Shown one piece after another: positions 30,662 through 40,111 of a stretch of 64,000 nucleotides of DNA (the first letter of the stretch is position 1; the number at the start of each line of letters is the position of its first letter). The position numbers were made by a program, and so were the translations under genes. This DNA is from Acidobacteriota bacterium (GTDB taxonomy: Bacteria > Acidobacteriota > UBA6911 > RPQK01 > JADFOI01). The stretch lies in contig OY760074.1 in NCBI GenBank assembly GCA_963663035.1, positions 2,688,001-2,752,000 on the forward strand, written 5' to 3'. The notes under the pieces are model-generated. The model ran no database searches. It was not told where the DNA came from and worked only from the letters and a program-made list of their open reading frames with translations.

Positions 30662-31930
30662 CTATCGATCGCCCAAGGCTTCCGCCTGCCGTTCGAAGCT
30701 CTTCTCGACCACTGCGGCACCAAGCGAATCGCCAAAGACGTTCACCGCCGTCCTGAAACGATCTAGTAGCCAGTCGACCGACAGGATCAGCCCGATATAT
30801 TCGACAGGTAATCCGACTGCGTTCAACACGATCACCATCGTGACCAGCCCGGCTTCGGGAATACCCGCGGCTCCGATAGCCGCCATGGTAGCAGTGACGG
30901 CAATCACAAGCTGCGAGGTGATCGTGAGCTCAAACCCAATCGCCTGTGCGATGAATATGGCAGCCGCGGCCTCATAGAGGGCGGTGCCATCCATATTGAT
31001 CGTGGCGCCCAAGGGAAGAACGAAATCGGAGGACTGTTTCGATACCTTGGCCTTTTCGACAGCGCAATTCATCGTGATCGGCAGCGTCGCTGTTGAACTT
31101 GCAGTTGAAAAGGCCGTCAGTAGAGCCTGAGACATCTGGTACATGAAACGGAACGGGTTCCTTCGGGTGAAGATCCACAGGATCAAGGGAAGCGTTAAAA
31201 ATGCATGGACCCCCAGGCCGGCTAGGACCGTTCCAAAGTACGCTCCAGTCTGTTGAAGAACCGCTCCCAGATTTCCCCCAGCCTGAGCTTCACCAAAGCG
31301 GGCAGTCACCAGGCAGAAGATTCCGAACGGGGCCAGTTTCATCAGCAACAGGATGAACGACAAGAGCGCTTCGTTGACCTGGACGATTATCGCGGTAAGC
31401 GCCTGGACTCGGGGGCCCATTGTCGTGAGCATTCCGGCAAAGATGATCGAGAAGAAAATCAGCGGTAGCAGGCTGGTCTTGGCTGCCGATTCGATCAGGT
31501 TGTCGGTAAAGAGCATGAGGACCAAGCCCCGAAGGATTGTTCCCAGGTTCGCGTCTTCCCGGCCAGCAGTGCTCATCTGGCCCTCCGCGAGGCTCGCATC
31601 CAGGGCCGTCTGGTCGACACCGACACCAGGTTGAATGAGATTCACCATGAGCAGACCCACGATCACAGCTAGGACGGTTGTCATCAGGTAGTAGGTCACC
31701 GCAAGACCGCCGGGGCGGCCCAGTTTTCGAATGTCGCCAAGTCCAATGATGCCGCTCATCACGCTGGCCATCACCAGCGGAACTACCATCATCGTGAGCA
31801 GGTTGAGGAATACCTCACCCCCAAGCTCGAACTGCATCGCAAATCCTGGGGCAAAAACAGCCAGGAGGACGGCCACAACAATCGCAACGGCGATGTACAA
31901 GGTCAGACGGCTCTTTGGTTTATCGGGCAT
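30662..31930 (-). CDS. Dicarboxylate/amino acid:cation symporter (DAACS, GltP-like)
   Basis: AFSTASSTATLP, LPLGATINMDGTALYE, DWLLDRFRTAVNVFGD. Confidence 0.93.
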   Translation of the reverse strand: MPDKPKSRLTLYIAVAIVVAVLLAVFAPGFAMQFELGGEVFLNLLTMMVVPLVMASVMSGIIGLGDIRKLGRPGGLAVTYYLMTTVLAVIVGLLMVNLIQPGVGVDQTALDASLAEGQMSTAGREDANLGTILRGLVLMLFTDNLIESAAKTSLLPLIFFSIIFAGMLTTMGPRVQALTAIIVQVNEALLSFILLLMKLAPFGIFCLVTARFGEAQAGGNLGAVLQQTGAYFGTVLAGLGVHAFLTLPLILWIFTRRNPFRFMYQMSQALLTAFSTASSTATLPITMNCAVEKAKVSKQSSDFVLPLGATINMDGTALYEAAAAIFIAQAIGFELTITSQLVIAVTATMAAIGAAGIPEAGLVTMVIVLNAVGLPVEYIGLILSVDWLLDRFRTAVNVFGDSLGAAVVEKSFERQAEALGDR

Positions 31931-32480
31931 TGTGTAACCTCTCCGAGTTCGATGCGATGACTCTCCCTTTGCTTGACGTCAACAAATTATCATTATGCCC
32001 TGGCCAAACCTGAAAAGGCTAACAAACAAGCCTCGCTGCATTCCGAGGACAAGAATCGGCCCTCAGAGGTCGCTCAACGGACCCGAGTGGTTCTTACTCT
32101 GGCCGCCGCAGGGAAATGGATAGGAGGAGGCTGTTAGTGCTCTACTTAAAGTTCTGCCCTTCAGTATCGCGGGCAAACTATTCGACGGCATCCGGCGACA
32201 GATCGAGATCGACTTTCCAGCCCAGATCCGCCAATCTCAGAACGCCCGCCGCCTAGAAGAGAAAAGCAACGGTCAGGACGGCCAGCACCCACATACCAGC
32301 CGATAGGCATCCAGTAACCTGTACAGGGAAACGGCATCCACACGGTACGAGGATACTCTACGTGGCGCAACACGCGTGGAGAGGATGAGCTAAAGCACGG
32401 ATGGCCAAATCGCCGCGGCGGCAGTGAGGAAAAGTACAAGAAGCGTTGAGGAGCCAACCGACTCGATTAACAGGAGATTC

Positions 32481-32810
32481 TCAACGCGCTAGTGTATCGT
32501 CGCCCCGCCGCAGCAACGCTTGTATTTCTTGCAAGAACCGCACGGGCACGGATCGTTCTTCCCGATCTTGGGAGTGTGGCTCCGAGGTTCGCTGGTGTAA
32601 CCGCCTGCCGCGCGCTGCCGATGGAGCCGAAAGTACCGGTAGGGGCCTACGATACTCTCGCTGGCACAACGAATGGCACAGCTTTTCCTTCGGAGACGCT
32701 TGATAGCGGTGCCCAGCGGCGCGGACTTGCTGTCGTCGCAGTCTCTGTCGACAGGCAACGCTGCAGTAGCGCTGTCCGCGATCACAGCCCAGGCAGATCG
32801 TGAACATCAC
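32481..32810 (-). pseudogene. Cys-rich ORF remnant ([13 protein letters not shown]) running into a SEC-C motif in another frame
   Basis: [20 protein letters not shown]... and [20 protein letters not shown] in overlapping frames. Confidence 0.5.
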
Positions 32811-33334
32811 ACCGCACTTGGGTCACAACATGAACGCAGTCTAAGGCCGTTCGGTAGGTCATCTACTCTGGAGATGGGTATACGTGCCACGATAACCCAC
32901 GCAGGAATCGTCTTGTATCAAGACCGCGCCTTCGGCGCTGATGATGATGTCAAAAGCCCGCGGAAACTATTTTCTGTAATTTGAGCTCTACCCGGATGGG
33001 AGAGGGATGGGAGGCCCGGAGAGCCGACCGAAGCCGAACTCACCGACCGTCAAGGACAGAGATCTGGGACAGGATTCTCCAAACTGTTTCCCCTCATTGA
33101 ACGTGGGATACATCCCAGCGGTTCACTGAGATTGGCGCGGGCCGGTAGGGGCTCCCCCGAGCTGGCTCATCTGATCGAGTTGAGTGAAGTGGCCCCCCCC
33201 TGCTAGGGAGGTTTGCCATCGCATCAAAGATCGGCAGTCAAGGATTATGGTATCCTTGATATGCTCAGAGAAGAGGACATAGGGTTTCTCACTGTTGAAC
33301 ATTCCATCACGGATGAATTGGAAAGGAAGCGTCG

Positions 33335-34135
33335 TTGAAGATCGCAACACTGAATTTCCATCGATATTTTCTCGTCTTGCTCGCCATCTTGTTCTGGCAT
33401 AGCCCCCTGGGAGCGCAGGATGTTGACGAGGGCGAGTTCTATCTGAATTTTTCCGGATCAGCCGTTTTCCCATACGACCCAAGGGGTCAATTGGACAACA
33501 CCGCATTGAAGGCTGGGACTGGTTTTACAGCGGCCTTCGGCTACGCCTTCAAAGAGGGCTTCTCGACCGAGATGGAATGGGGATACCAGAAAGTCGGTAT
33601 CGATCAGCCCCCCGAAACCTTTTCCCCCGAAACCTTTTTCCAGGGCATTCCCTCGAGGATTGATGTCGGGGGCATCGCAGGCCCCGAAGACTTCCCGTTC
33701 CCCTCTCGCTCCATCGCCGACATTACTTTCAAAATCGACGGAGAAATCAAGACTCAATCCCTCATGGGCAATGTCTACTACCGCTATCCTAAGTGGAGAG
33801 TGAGTCCCTATGCCGGGGTCGGTTTTGGAGCCTTCTTTTATGATAGAACCGTCACCTCCACCGTCACCGTTGAGAACATTGGAATCGGGATCGATCCCAA
33901 CGTTAGCCCCTACCTTGACCTATTCCCACTGCCAGGCAACCTGCCTCCCATATTCACGGGAGGCACGACCACATTCACATACGAGGATTCCCGGTTTGCC
34001 TATCAGATCATGGGAGGCCTCTCGGCCCAGATCTCCCAGCACGTGGAGCTTCACTTTGGCTATCGCTTTCGCTCCAGCCGGGGGGACCCCATCGATTCCG
34101 ACCAGATTGAGAGCGGCCTCCGGTTCCGGTTTTGA
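33335..34135 (+). CDS. Outer-membrane beta-barrel protein (opacity/porin-like)
   Basis: Signal peptide; SLMGNVYY, SPYAGVGFG, FAYQIMGG, C-terminal GLRFRF. Confidence 0.82.
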   Translation: MKIATLNFHRYFLVLLAILFWHSPLGAQDVDEGEFYLNFSGSAVFPYDPRGQLDNTALKAGTGFTAAFGYAFKEGFSTEMEWGYQKVGIDQPPETFSPETFFQGIPSRIDVGGIAGPEDFPFPSRSIADITFKIDGEIKTQSLMGNVYYRYPKWRVSPYAGVGFGAFFYDRTVTSTVTVENIGIGIDPNVSPYLDLFPLPGNLPPIFTGGTTTFTYEDSRFAYQIMGGLSAQISQHVELHFGYRFRSSRGDPIDSDQIESGLRFRF

Positions 34136-34621
34136 TGCTAACCTGAGAAACGGCTCCCCACCAATTCTCCTACTCATGCCGGGAGCCGGAGTGTTGCACA
34201 ACCGTTCCTTTACGCAATCCCGCCCCGGATGCGAAGCACAACTGAGGTAATCTGTAAGGCCATGAAGAACCAAGGACGTTATCATCACTTGCGCGTGGAC
34301 TGGGTGGGCGAGTCGTCCAGCGAGTCGATCACACTGTGCGGCGGCGAGGGTAAAGACAGCGGGACTGGACAGACACTCTGCCCCAACTGTGCCCAGGTCC
34401 GCGACGCACTGAACGTTTGTGGGTTGGGCCCGGAGAGCCTACGAGAACTATTTGACGCGCTCCGGGTGATCGACCCTTCCGAGGTGAAAGCGAAGATGGA
34501 AGCGCTTCGAGGTCTGGGGATGCAGATGGATATTCAGGATCGGTCGCTACTCAACTAACAGAGCGTTGTTGCATGGATCGGGGCGGAAACGGGACCGGTC
34601 ATCAGATGGCCTCCCAGTAGA

Positions 34622-34649
34622 GAGTAACATAAAGGACGTTATGTTACCT
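34622..34649. other. Recombination-site-like palindrome (11-6-11; dif- or res-like)
   Basis: GAGTAACATAA AGGACG TTATGTTACCT. Confidence 0.5.
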
Positions 34650-35190
34650 TAACTAGGGGCACGCAGGATCTGATCCCAAAATCCCGACTGAGTCCGCCGT
34701 TCTGAGGTCGAACCGGGGCTCGGAGGCCTTCGCCAGGCTCAGCGCTTCGGGTGGTAGCTGGCCGGCCAGGTCGACGTAGATCGTCTGGACCACGTCACCC
34801 TGCGGCGGCGTGAGTGCGCCCTCGCTCAGCATCCGCGCATTGGCGAATGTAGATCGGCTCGTCTGTTCGGTCGTCTTCATGCTCGTCGGTCCCACTGCTC
34901 CACCGGATTACGCAGGCCACGGCAGGTCGGCGACCCGCACCAATTCATCGTGGGCATGTCCTAGCATGACGAGCGTGGCGTCGTGAGAGATGGCGGGCGC
35001 GGCAAGGTGGGCGTCGACCTCCGAGAGGAGCTGGTGCAAATGGCGCCAGTGTTCGTCAGTCTCGCCAACGAGTCGGACGGTCGGCTGCTCGACGTATGCA
35101 AGATATAGAATTAGACATGGGATAAGACACACGGAGGCGCTCGCAAGAAGGCACCATCGACCTTATGTCCCAAACGAACGTTTGCGACAC

Positions 35191-35420
35191 ATGCGGATCG
35201 GGTATGCCCGCGTCTCAAAGGCGGATGGTTCCCAGTCGCTGGACCTGCAGCGCGAAGCCCTGCGGGCCGAAGGCATCGACGACCCAGCCAACCTGTACCA
35301 TGACGTCGCGTCCGGCGGACGCGACGATCGGCCAGGACTCGACAGCTGCGTGCGCTGAGGAAGGCGATGTGCTCGTGGTCTGGAAACTCGGCCGTCTCGG
35401 CCGGCCACGCTCACTTGGCG
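35191..35420 (+). pseudogene. Serine resolvase/invertase remnant
   Basis: MRIGYARVSKADGSQSLDLQREAL...SGGRDDRPGL; then frameshifted DVLVVWKL; imperfect IR TGTCCCAAA-N6-TTTGCGACA just upstream. Confidence 0.85.
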
Positions 35421-35445
35421 AGGGTCGCAGCAGATCGCGGCGCCC

Positions 35446-36582
35446 TCACCCGAGCTCGGCGAGCGACAGCACCAGGCGCACCAGGTCCGCCTGCCGCGAG
35501 ATGGAGTGCTTCTGGTAGATCTGCTGCAGGTGCCAGTAGATGGCGGCTTTCGTATGCCCCGTCGCATCGGCCATGTCGCCGACGCTATTGCCTTCCGCCA
35601 ACCAGACCGCCACCTTAGTCTCCGCTGGCGTCAGTTCCAGTGCCGTGGCCACTAGGTCGGGATCGATGCGATGCTGGCGCCCTGGCTCGACAATCAGCAC
35701 CAGCGCGGCAACGTGCCGCGCTCCGTGGTCCGGTTGGGGGCCGCCCACCGGCTTGACGTGCACCACGAACGGCGGCACCACGGACGAGCGGCGGAGCACC
35801 ATCGACCCACTGACAGCGACCGCGCCAGAGGCCGGCAACGCGTCGCCCACCAGCCGTTCGAGACGGACCTGGTCGGCCGGCGCGCGGGCGCGCAGCATCC
35901 CGTTCCGGTCCAACAACCCATCTCCGTGCCGCAGGATGCTCCGGGCGCGGTCGTTCCCCTCCAGGATCCGCCCGCGCCGGTCCAGTTCGAGGACGCCGAT
36001 CCGCGGGTTGTCGAGCAGGGCGGTCACGGTCGTGCTCCGCGCCTCGGCGCGGACCAGCGCCTGCCGGACGCGGACGAACTGCTGGATATGGGGCAGCAGC
36101 CTCTGGACCATCGCGATCCGCGAAGCCCCCCAGCCCTCCGAGTCGACGGGATCGTTCAGGCCCCAGCCGATGTGGGAGCCGTCCAGCCCGGGGAGACGGA
36201 CGTTCAGGCCGTCCTGCATACCGGCCCGGCGCAGCAGCTCGTTGTAGGTCGGTGAGGTCTTCAACTCCTCGGCCGTGTACAGGTCGTTGATGTGCACCAG
36301 GCGACTGACCGGCAGTTTCCGGAAGCGCGGGACCCGTTCGTCGATGGCATGGTAGTGTTCGAGGTACTCGCGCTCCAGATCTTCGCGGCGCTGCCCCCGA
36401 TAGTAGAGCCCGACGAAGAGCCCCCGGATGTCGTTCTTCGGGCCTTCACCGACCATGAGGCCATTGCCTGTGCTGCCGCAGGCCTCGTCGATCAGGGCCG
36501 AGGTGACCGGCCAGCGGGTCTCGTCGAGCATGGCGTCGTACAACGACGCCATGCACCGCTCAAAGGCGTCCTGGTTGTTCAT
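35446..36582 (-). CDS. LuxR-type HTH transcription regulator with PAS-like region
   Basis: C-terminal LTPAETKVAVWLAEG...HLQQIYQKHSISRQADLVRLV; likely start ATG 36582. Confidence 0.82.
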   Translation of the reverse strand: MNNQDAFERCMASLYDAMLDETRWPVTSALIDEACGSTGNGLMVGEGPKNDIRGLFVGLYYRGQRREDLEREYLEHYHAIDERVPRFRKLPVSRLVHINDLYTAEELKTSPTYNELLRRAGMQDGLNVRLPGLDGSHIGWGLNDPVDSEGWGASRIAMVQRLLPHIQQFVRVRQALVRAEARSTTVTALLDNPRIGVLELDRRGRILEGNDRARSILRHGDGLLDRNGMLRARAPADQVRLERLVGDALPASGAVAVSGSMVLRRSSVVPPFVVHVKPVGGPQPDHGARHVAALVLIVEPGRQHRIDPDLVATALELTPAETKVAVWLAEGNSVGDMADATGHTKAAIYWHLQQIYQKHSISRQADLVRLVLSLAELG

Positions 36583-36922
36583 GATGATTTCCGGCTCTTC
36601 TCTGGACGACGCTCGGGGACGAACGGCACGGAAGTTCGCTCTCGGCGGCGACCGGTGCCGGCAAAAAAAGCGGCGGCAACAAGGGCGGGACGCCAACCGG
36701 CGGCACCAGCAACGCCAGGAGGGCCGGCTCGATCACCGCGACCGGCAACGGGATTACCGGGAACGCTGCCGCCGCCGCGTGACGGATCATACTTCCGCCC
36801 GCCGCCCCCGATCCGTCAACATTAAGGAAACATGGACAAAAACGCGAAGAAGGCCGCCATTCGGGCCGTTTGCATCGTGTGTGGGCGCATGCGGCGGTGA
36901 TCGGCCCAGAGAGGGAGAAACG

Positions 36923-37120
36923 ATGTTTGGGAAAAAGAAAAAGGACAAGGCGAAGGATGAATTGGTTTCAGTCGAGACGGAGGAGGAATTTCACGCGGCG
37001 CTCAATCGGGGCGAAGACGTGGAACTCACGCATGAACTCGCTGAAAAGGTTGGCTTGATGGTTGAGGATGTGGGAACCCTCGAAGAAATCAAGGCCGCGA
37101 GATTCGATCCCTACAACTGA
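36923..37120 (+). CDS. Small acidic hypothetical protein, first gene of the conjugative cluster
   Basis: GGGAG RBS; MFGKKKKDKAKDELVSVETEEEF... Confidence 0.6.
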   Translation: MFGKKKKDKAKDELVSVETEEEFHAALNRGEDVELTHELAEKVGLMVEDVGTLEEIKAARFDPYN

Positions 37121-37140
37121 GGCAACCGGAGGGAGACGAC

Positions 37141-38235
37141 ATGGCAAAACGGCCAGCGAAGCAAACCCACTATGAGCGGAGCGAGGCATACGCCAAGCAG
37201 GTGAGCGGTGAAATTATCGAGCAGATCAAAAAAGGCACAGCGCCCTGGATGAAGCCCTGGAAGCCGGGGGAACAAATCGGAGCGACGAATGTAGCAACCG
37301 GGAAAGCCTACACCGGAGGGAACAGCCTGTATCTCATGAGCCGTCAGATCAGCGAGGGCCGGGGAGACAACAGGTGGGGGACCTACCGGCAGATCGAGGC
37401 GGCGGGCGGGCAGGTGCGGCGGGGAGAGCAGGGAACGAAAGTCCTGTTCTACCAGAACCGGACGGAGCAACCGGCAAAAGACGAGACAGGGAAGATCCGC
37501 AAGGACAAGGAGGGCAAAACGATCTATGAGGAAACGGAGCGGTCGCAGGCGGTAATGCGTCAGTACACCGTTTTCAATGTGGAGCAGACCGATGGGTTGA
37601 AGTTGCCGCCCAGGGAAGCCGAGGCCACGCCGGAATGGGACACGCACCGGGAGGCTGACAAAGTGCTACGCGCCAGCGGGGCGAAGGTGCAGCACGTCCC
37701 CGGTGGAGACCGGGCTTACTACCGGATGGCCGAGGACAAGATCGTGCTACCGGACCCCTCGCAATTCGCTACGCGCAATGGCTACTACCAGACGGCGCTA
37801 CACGAGGCGGGCCATTCGACCGGCCATCATGACCGCATGAACCGCGACACCCTCAAAGAAGGCATGGCGGCGGGCTTTGGGAGCCCGGAGTATGCCCGCG
37901 AGGAATTGCGGGCGGAGATCAGCGCCATGATGACCGGAGAGCAGGTGGGCGTGGGACACGACCCGCAACGCGGCGCGGCCTACGTTGAGAATTGGGTGGC
38001 GGTGCTGGAAAAAGACCCGCATGAGATTCGCCGGGCGGCGGGTGAGGCGCAGAAGATGACGAATCACCTCATGGACCGGGCGATCGCCCAGGAGCGGGAG
38101 CACCCGACCAAGACCAAGGCCGAGCTTACGCAAGAGTTTTCCCACGCCAGGGGGCCGCAGATCGGCCAGACACCGAAGCAGCCGGTGGCGGCGCTCACGC
38201 AGACGCAAGAGCGCGATATGGGACCGAGCCGATAA
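37141..38235 (+). CDS. ardC: ArdC-family ssDNA-binding/anti-restriction protein (DUF1738 + metalloprotease-like domain)
   Basis: PWMKPW, YTGGNSLYL, WGTYRQ, YTVFNVEQ, ALHEAGHSTGH, YAREELRAE. Confidence 0.9.
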   Translation: MAKRPAKQTHYERSEAYAKQVSGEIIEQIKKGTAPWMKPWKPGEQIGATNVATGKAYTGGNSLYLMSRQISEGRGDNRWGTYRQIEAAGGQVRRGEQGTKVLFYQNRTEQPAKDETGKIRKDKEGKTIYEETERSQAVMRQYTVFNVEQTDGLKLPPREAEATPEWDTHREADKVLRASGAKVQHVPGGDRAYYRMAEDKIVLPDPSQFATRNGYYQTALHEAGHSTGHHDRMNRDTLKEGMAAGFGSPEYAREELRAEISAMMTGEQVGVGHDPQRGAAYVENWVAVLEKDPHEIRRAAGEAQKMTNHLMDRAIAQEREHPTKTKAELTQEFSHARGPQIGQTPKQPVAALTQTQERDMGPSR

Positions 38236-38244
38236 GGAGACGCC

Positions 38245-39144
38245 GTGTTCGATCCGCGAGACATAAGCAGCGATCCCCGGAGGCGGACCCCGGAGAAGCC
38301 AAAGCGCGATCGCCTGAAAGAGCGCCAGGAGCGGAAACGCACCGGGAGCCGGGCCGAGTTCGATCCGCGATCCGACCGCGCGGATTTCACGGGCCGCACC
38401 GAGCGGGCCGTGGCAGAGATCGGCATGTATCGGACGGTAGCCTACAAGGATCTATCGGAGGCGCATTTCGAGGGACACCCCTACACCACACGCCGGGCGG
38501 TGGACCGGATGATTCAACAGGGCGACGTGCAGGAGCATACCGCCAAGGGGCCGCAGGGTGGCACCTACAAGGTGCTGACGCTCACCGTTAAGGGAGTCCA
38601 CCGGGCCGAAGTCGCGGCCCAGGACCAAGGGCTTGACAGCGGACAGAAGGCGTGGAGCGGCATGGTCAAATCGGCAGAGCTACAGCATGACACGGCAGTG
38701 TTCCGGGCGGCGCGGGTGGAGCAAGGCAAGCTGATCGAAAAGGGAGCCGTGTTGAAGCGGGTTCGCATCGACGCCGAGTTGAAACGCGAGGTTGCCAGGG
38801 CCTCAGAGACGGCCAGGGTGAAGGGCGGCAAGGAGGCGGCGGACGCGGCGCGGGTGGGAAAAGCGGCGGAGCTGGGCCTACCCGTCAAGGCCGGGAAGGT
38901 CGAATACCCGGACGCGCAACTTGAGTATGACCTCGATGGACGGAGCGGCAGGGTGAATGTGGAGATTGCCACCGAACACTACAGCACTAAGAGCATCGGA
39001 GCGAAGGCAGCGGCGGGCTTCGCCGTGCATGGAAGCAATGGCCGGGCGAAGGCGCGGGTGGCGCGGGCGCTTGGCCGGGACGATGGCAACAGCGGCGGTG
39101 GCGGCGGAGGCAAAGACCGCGATCCCGCCTCATTTGAACTCTAA
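38245..39144 (+). CDS. T4SS-associated wHTH + nuclease-like hypothetical protein
   Basis: EIGMYRTVA, LTLTxKG, ELQHD, YPDAQLEY...VEIATEHY; PD-(D/E)xK-like appearance is inference. Confidence 0.6.
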   Translation: MFDPRDISSDPRRRTPEKPKRDRLKERQERKRTGSRAEFDPRSDRADFTGRTERAVAEIGMYRTVAYKDLSEAHFEGHPYTTRRAVDRMIQQGDVQEHTAKGPQGGTYKVLTLTVKGVHRAEVAAQDQGLDSGQKAWSGMVKSAELQHDTAVFRAARVEQGKLIEKGAVLKRVRIDAELKREVARASETARVKGGKEAADAARVGKAAELGLPVKAGKVEYPDAQLEYDLDGRSGRVNVEIATEHYSTKSIGAKAAAGFAVHGSNGRAKARVARALGRDDGNSGGGGGGKDRDPASFEL

Positions 39145-39153
39145 GGAGGACTC

Positions 39154-39477
39154 ATGCAGCCCTGGAAAATCAGCGTGGGACTGACGGCCATCATCTGCGC
39201 CGGGGGCTTGATGCTCGCCGGCGAGGGATTTTCCTGGCTTGCGCCCTACTTTTGGATGGTCCTCACCGATTTCTGGTTCCCCGTCTCATGGTACGCAGGG
39301 CTGGCCCTGGTCACGCTGATGTTTTCGATCTACTCCGGTGCGCGGCTCATGGGCCTTGCCGACATGGGCCGGAAAGTGGATCTGATGGAGCGGTCCATCC
39401 GGCGAGGCGAAGGAGGGCAAGCGGAGCTTGCCGAGAAGATGGAACAAGAGGAACGAGGGGAGTATCCGGGAGCCTAG
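39154..39477 (+). CDS. Membrane hypothetical protein
   Basis: AAGGAGG RBS, hydrophobic segments. Confidence 0.65.
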   Translation: MQPWKISVGLTAIICAGGLMLAGEGFSWLAPYFWMVLTDFWFPVSWYAGLALVTLMFSIYSGARLMGLADMGRKVDLMERSIRRGEGGQAELAEKMEQEERGEYPGA

Positions 39478-39517
39478 CCCCGGATCGAGTTTTCAAAACC
39501 GCAAAGGAGATTGAAAT

Positions 39518-39811
39518 ATGACTTTACCTTGCACCGGCGCTGCAAAGCGCGGAATCCTCATCGTGGCGCTGATCGTGGCGTCGTCTACGGAACTACTCGC
39601 CCAGGGTACAAGCCCCTGGCTCCAAGCCATCGACGTGTTGCAACAGGCGTTCACCGGCCCGATAGCGCGAGGGTTGAGTCTGATTGCCATCGTGGTAGGA
39701 GGCTTAATGTTTGCCTTTGGCGAGGGCGGCAGCAAGAAGGCGCTGGCCGGGATCGTCTTCGGGCTTGGCATGGCAATGGGAGCGGCCAACTTCCTAGCTT
39801 GGCTGTTCTGA
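39518..39811 (+). CDS. virB2: TrbC/VirB2 pilin
   Basis: SPWLQAIDVLQQAFTGPIARGLSLIAIVVGGLMFAFGEG. Confidence 0.88.
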   Translation: MTLPCTGAAKRGILIVALIVASSTELLAQGTSPWLQAIDVLQQAFTGPIARGLSLIAIVVGGLMFAFGEGGSKKALAGIVFGLGMAMGAANFLAWLF

Positions 39812-40107
39812 TGGAGCGCGGCAAGGCGTGGCGCGGATACCCGGCGCTCAGTAAGCCGCTCACCATCATGGGAGTCGAGCGGCGGTGGTTCCTCTTGAGT
39901 GCCACCTTGGGACTCGCCATGTGGAACGCCATCAACTCCATTGTGACCGGCGGGTTGATCTTCGGGGTTTTGTACGCCGTGGGATTTTGGGCCTGGAAGC
40001 AAGACCCCAACATGCTTGAAATCTTGCGGGCGTCGGCCCAGTTTCGCGCCCGCTACGATCCGGGCAAGTGGGCGGCAGCGCCCTGGACCCTCTTGATTCG
40101 GAGATAG
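39811..40107 (+). CDS. virB3: VirB3-family protein
   Basis: TGATG coupling; LSKPLTIMGVERR...KQDP...RYDP. Confidence 0.8.
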   Translation: MERGKAWRGYPALSKPLTIMGVERRWFLLSATLGLAMWNAINSIVTGGLIFGVLYAVGFWAWKQDPNMLEILRASAQFRARYDPGKWAAAPWTLLIRR

Positions 40108-40111
40108 CGGG

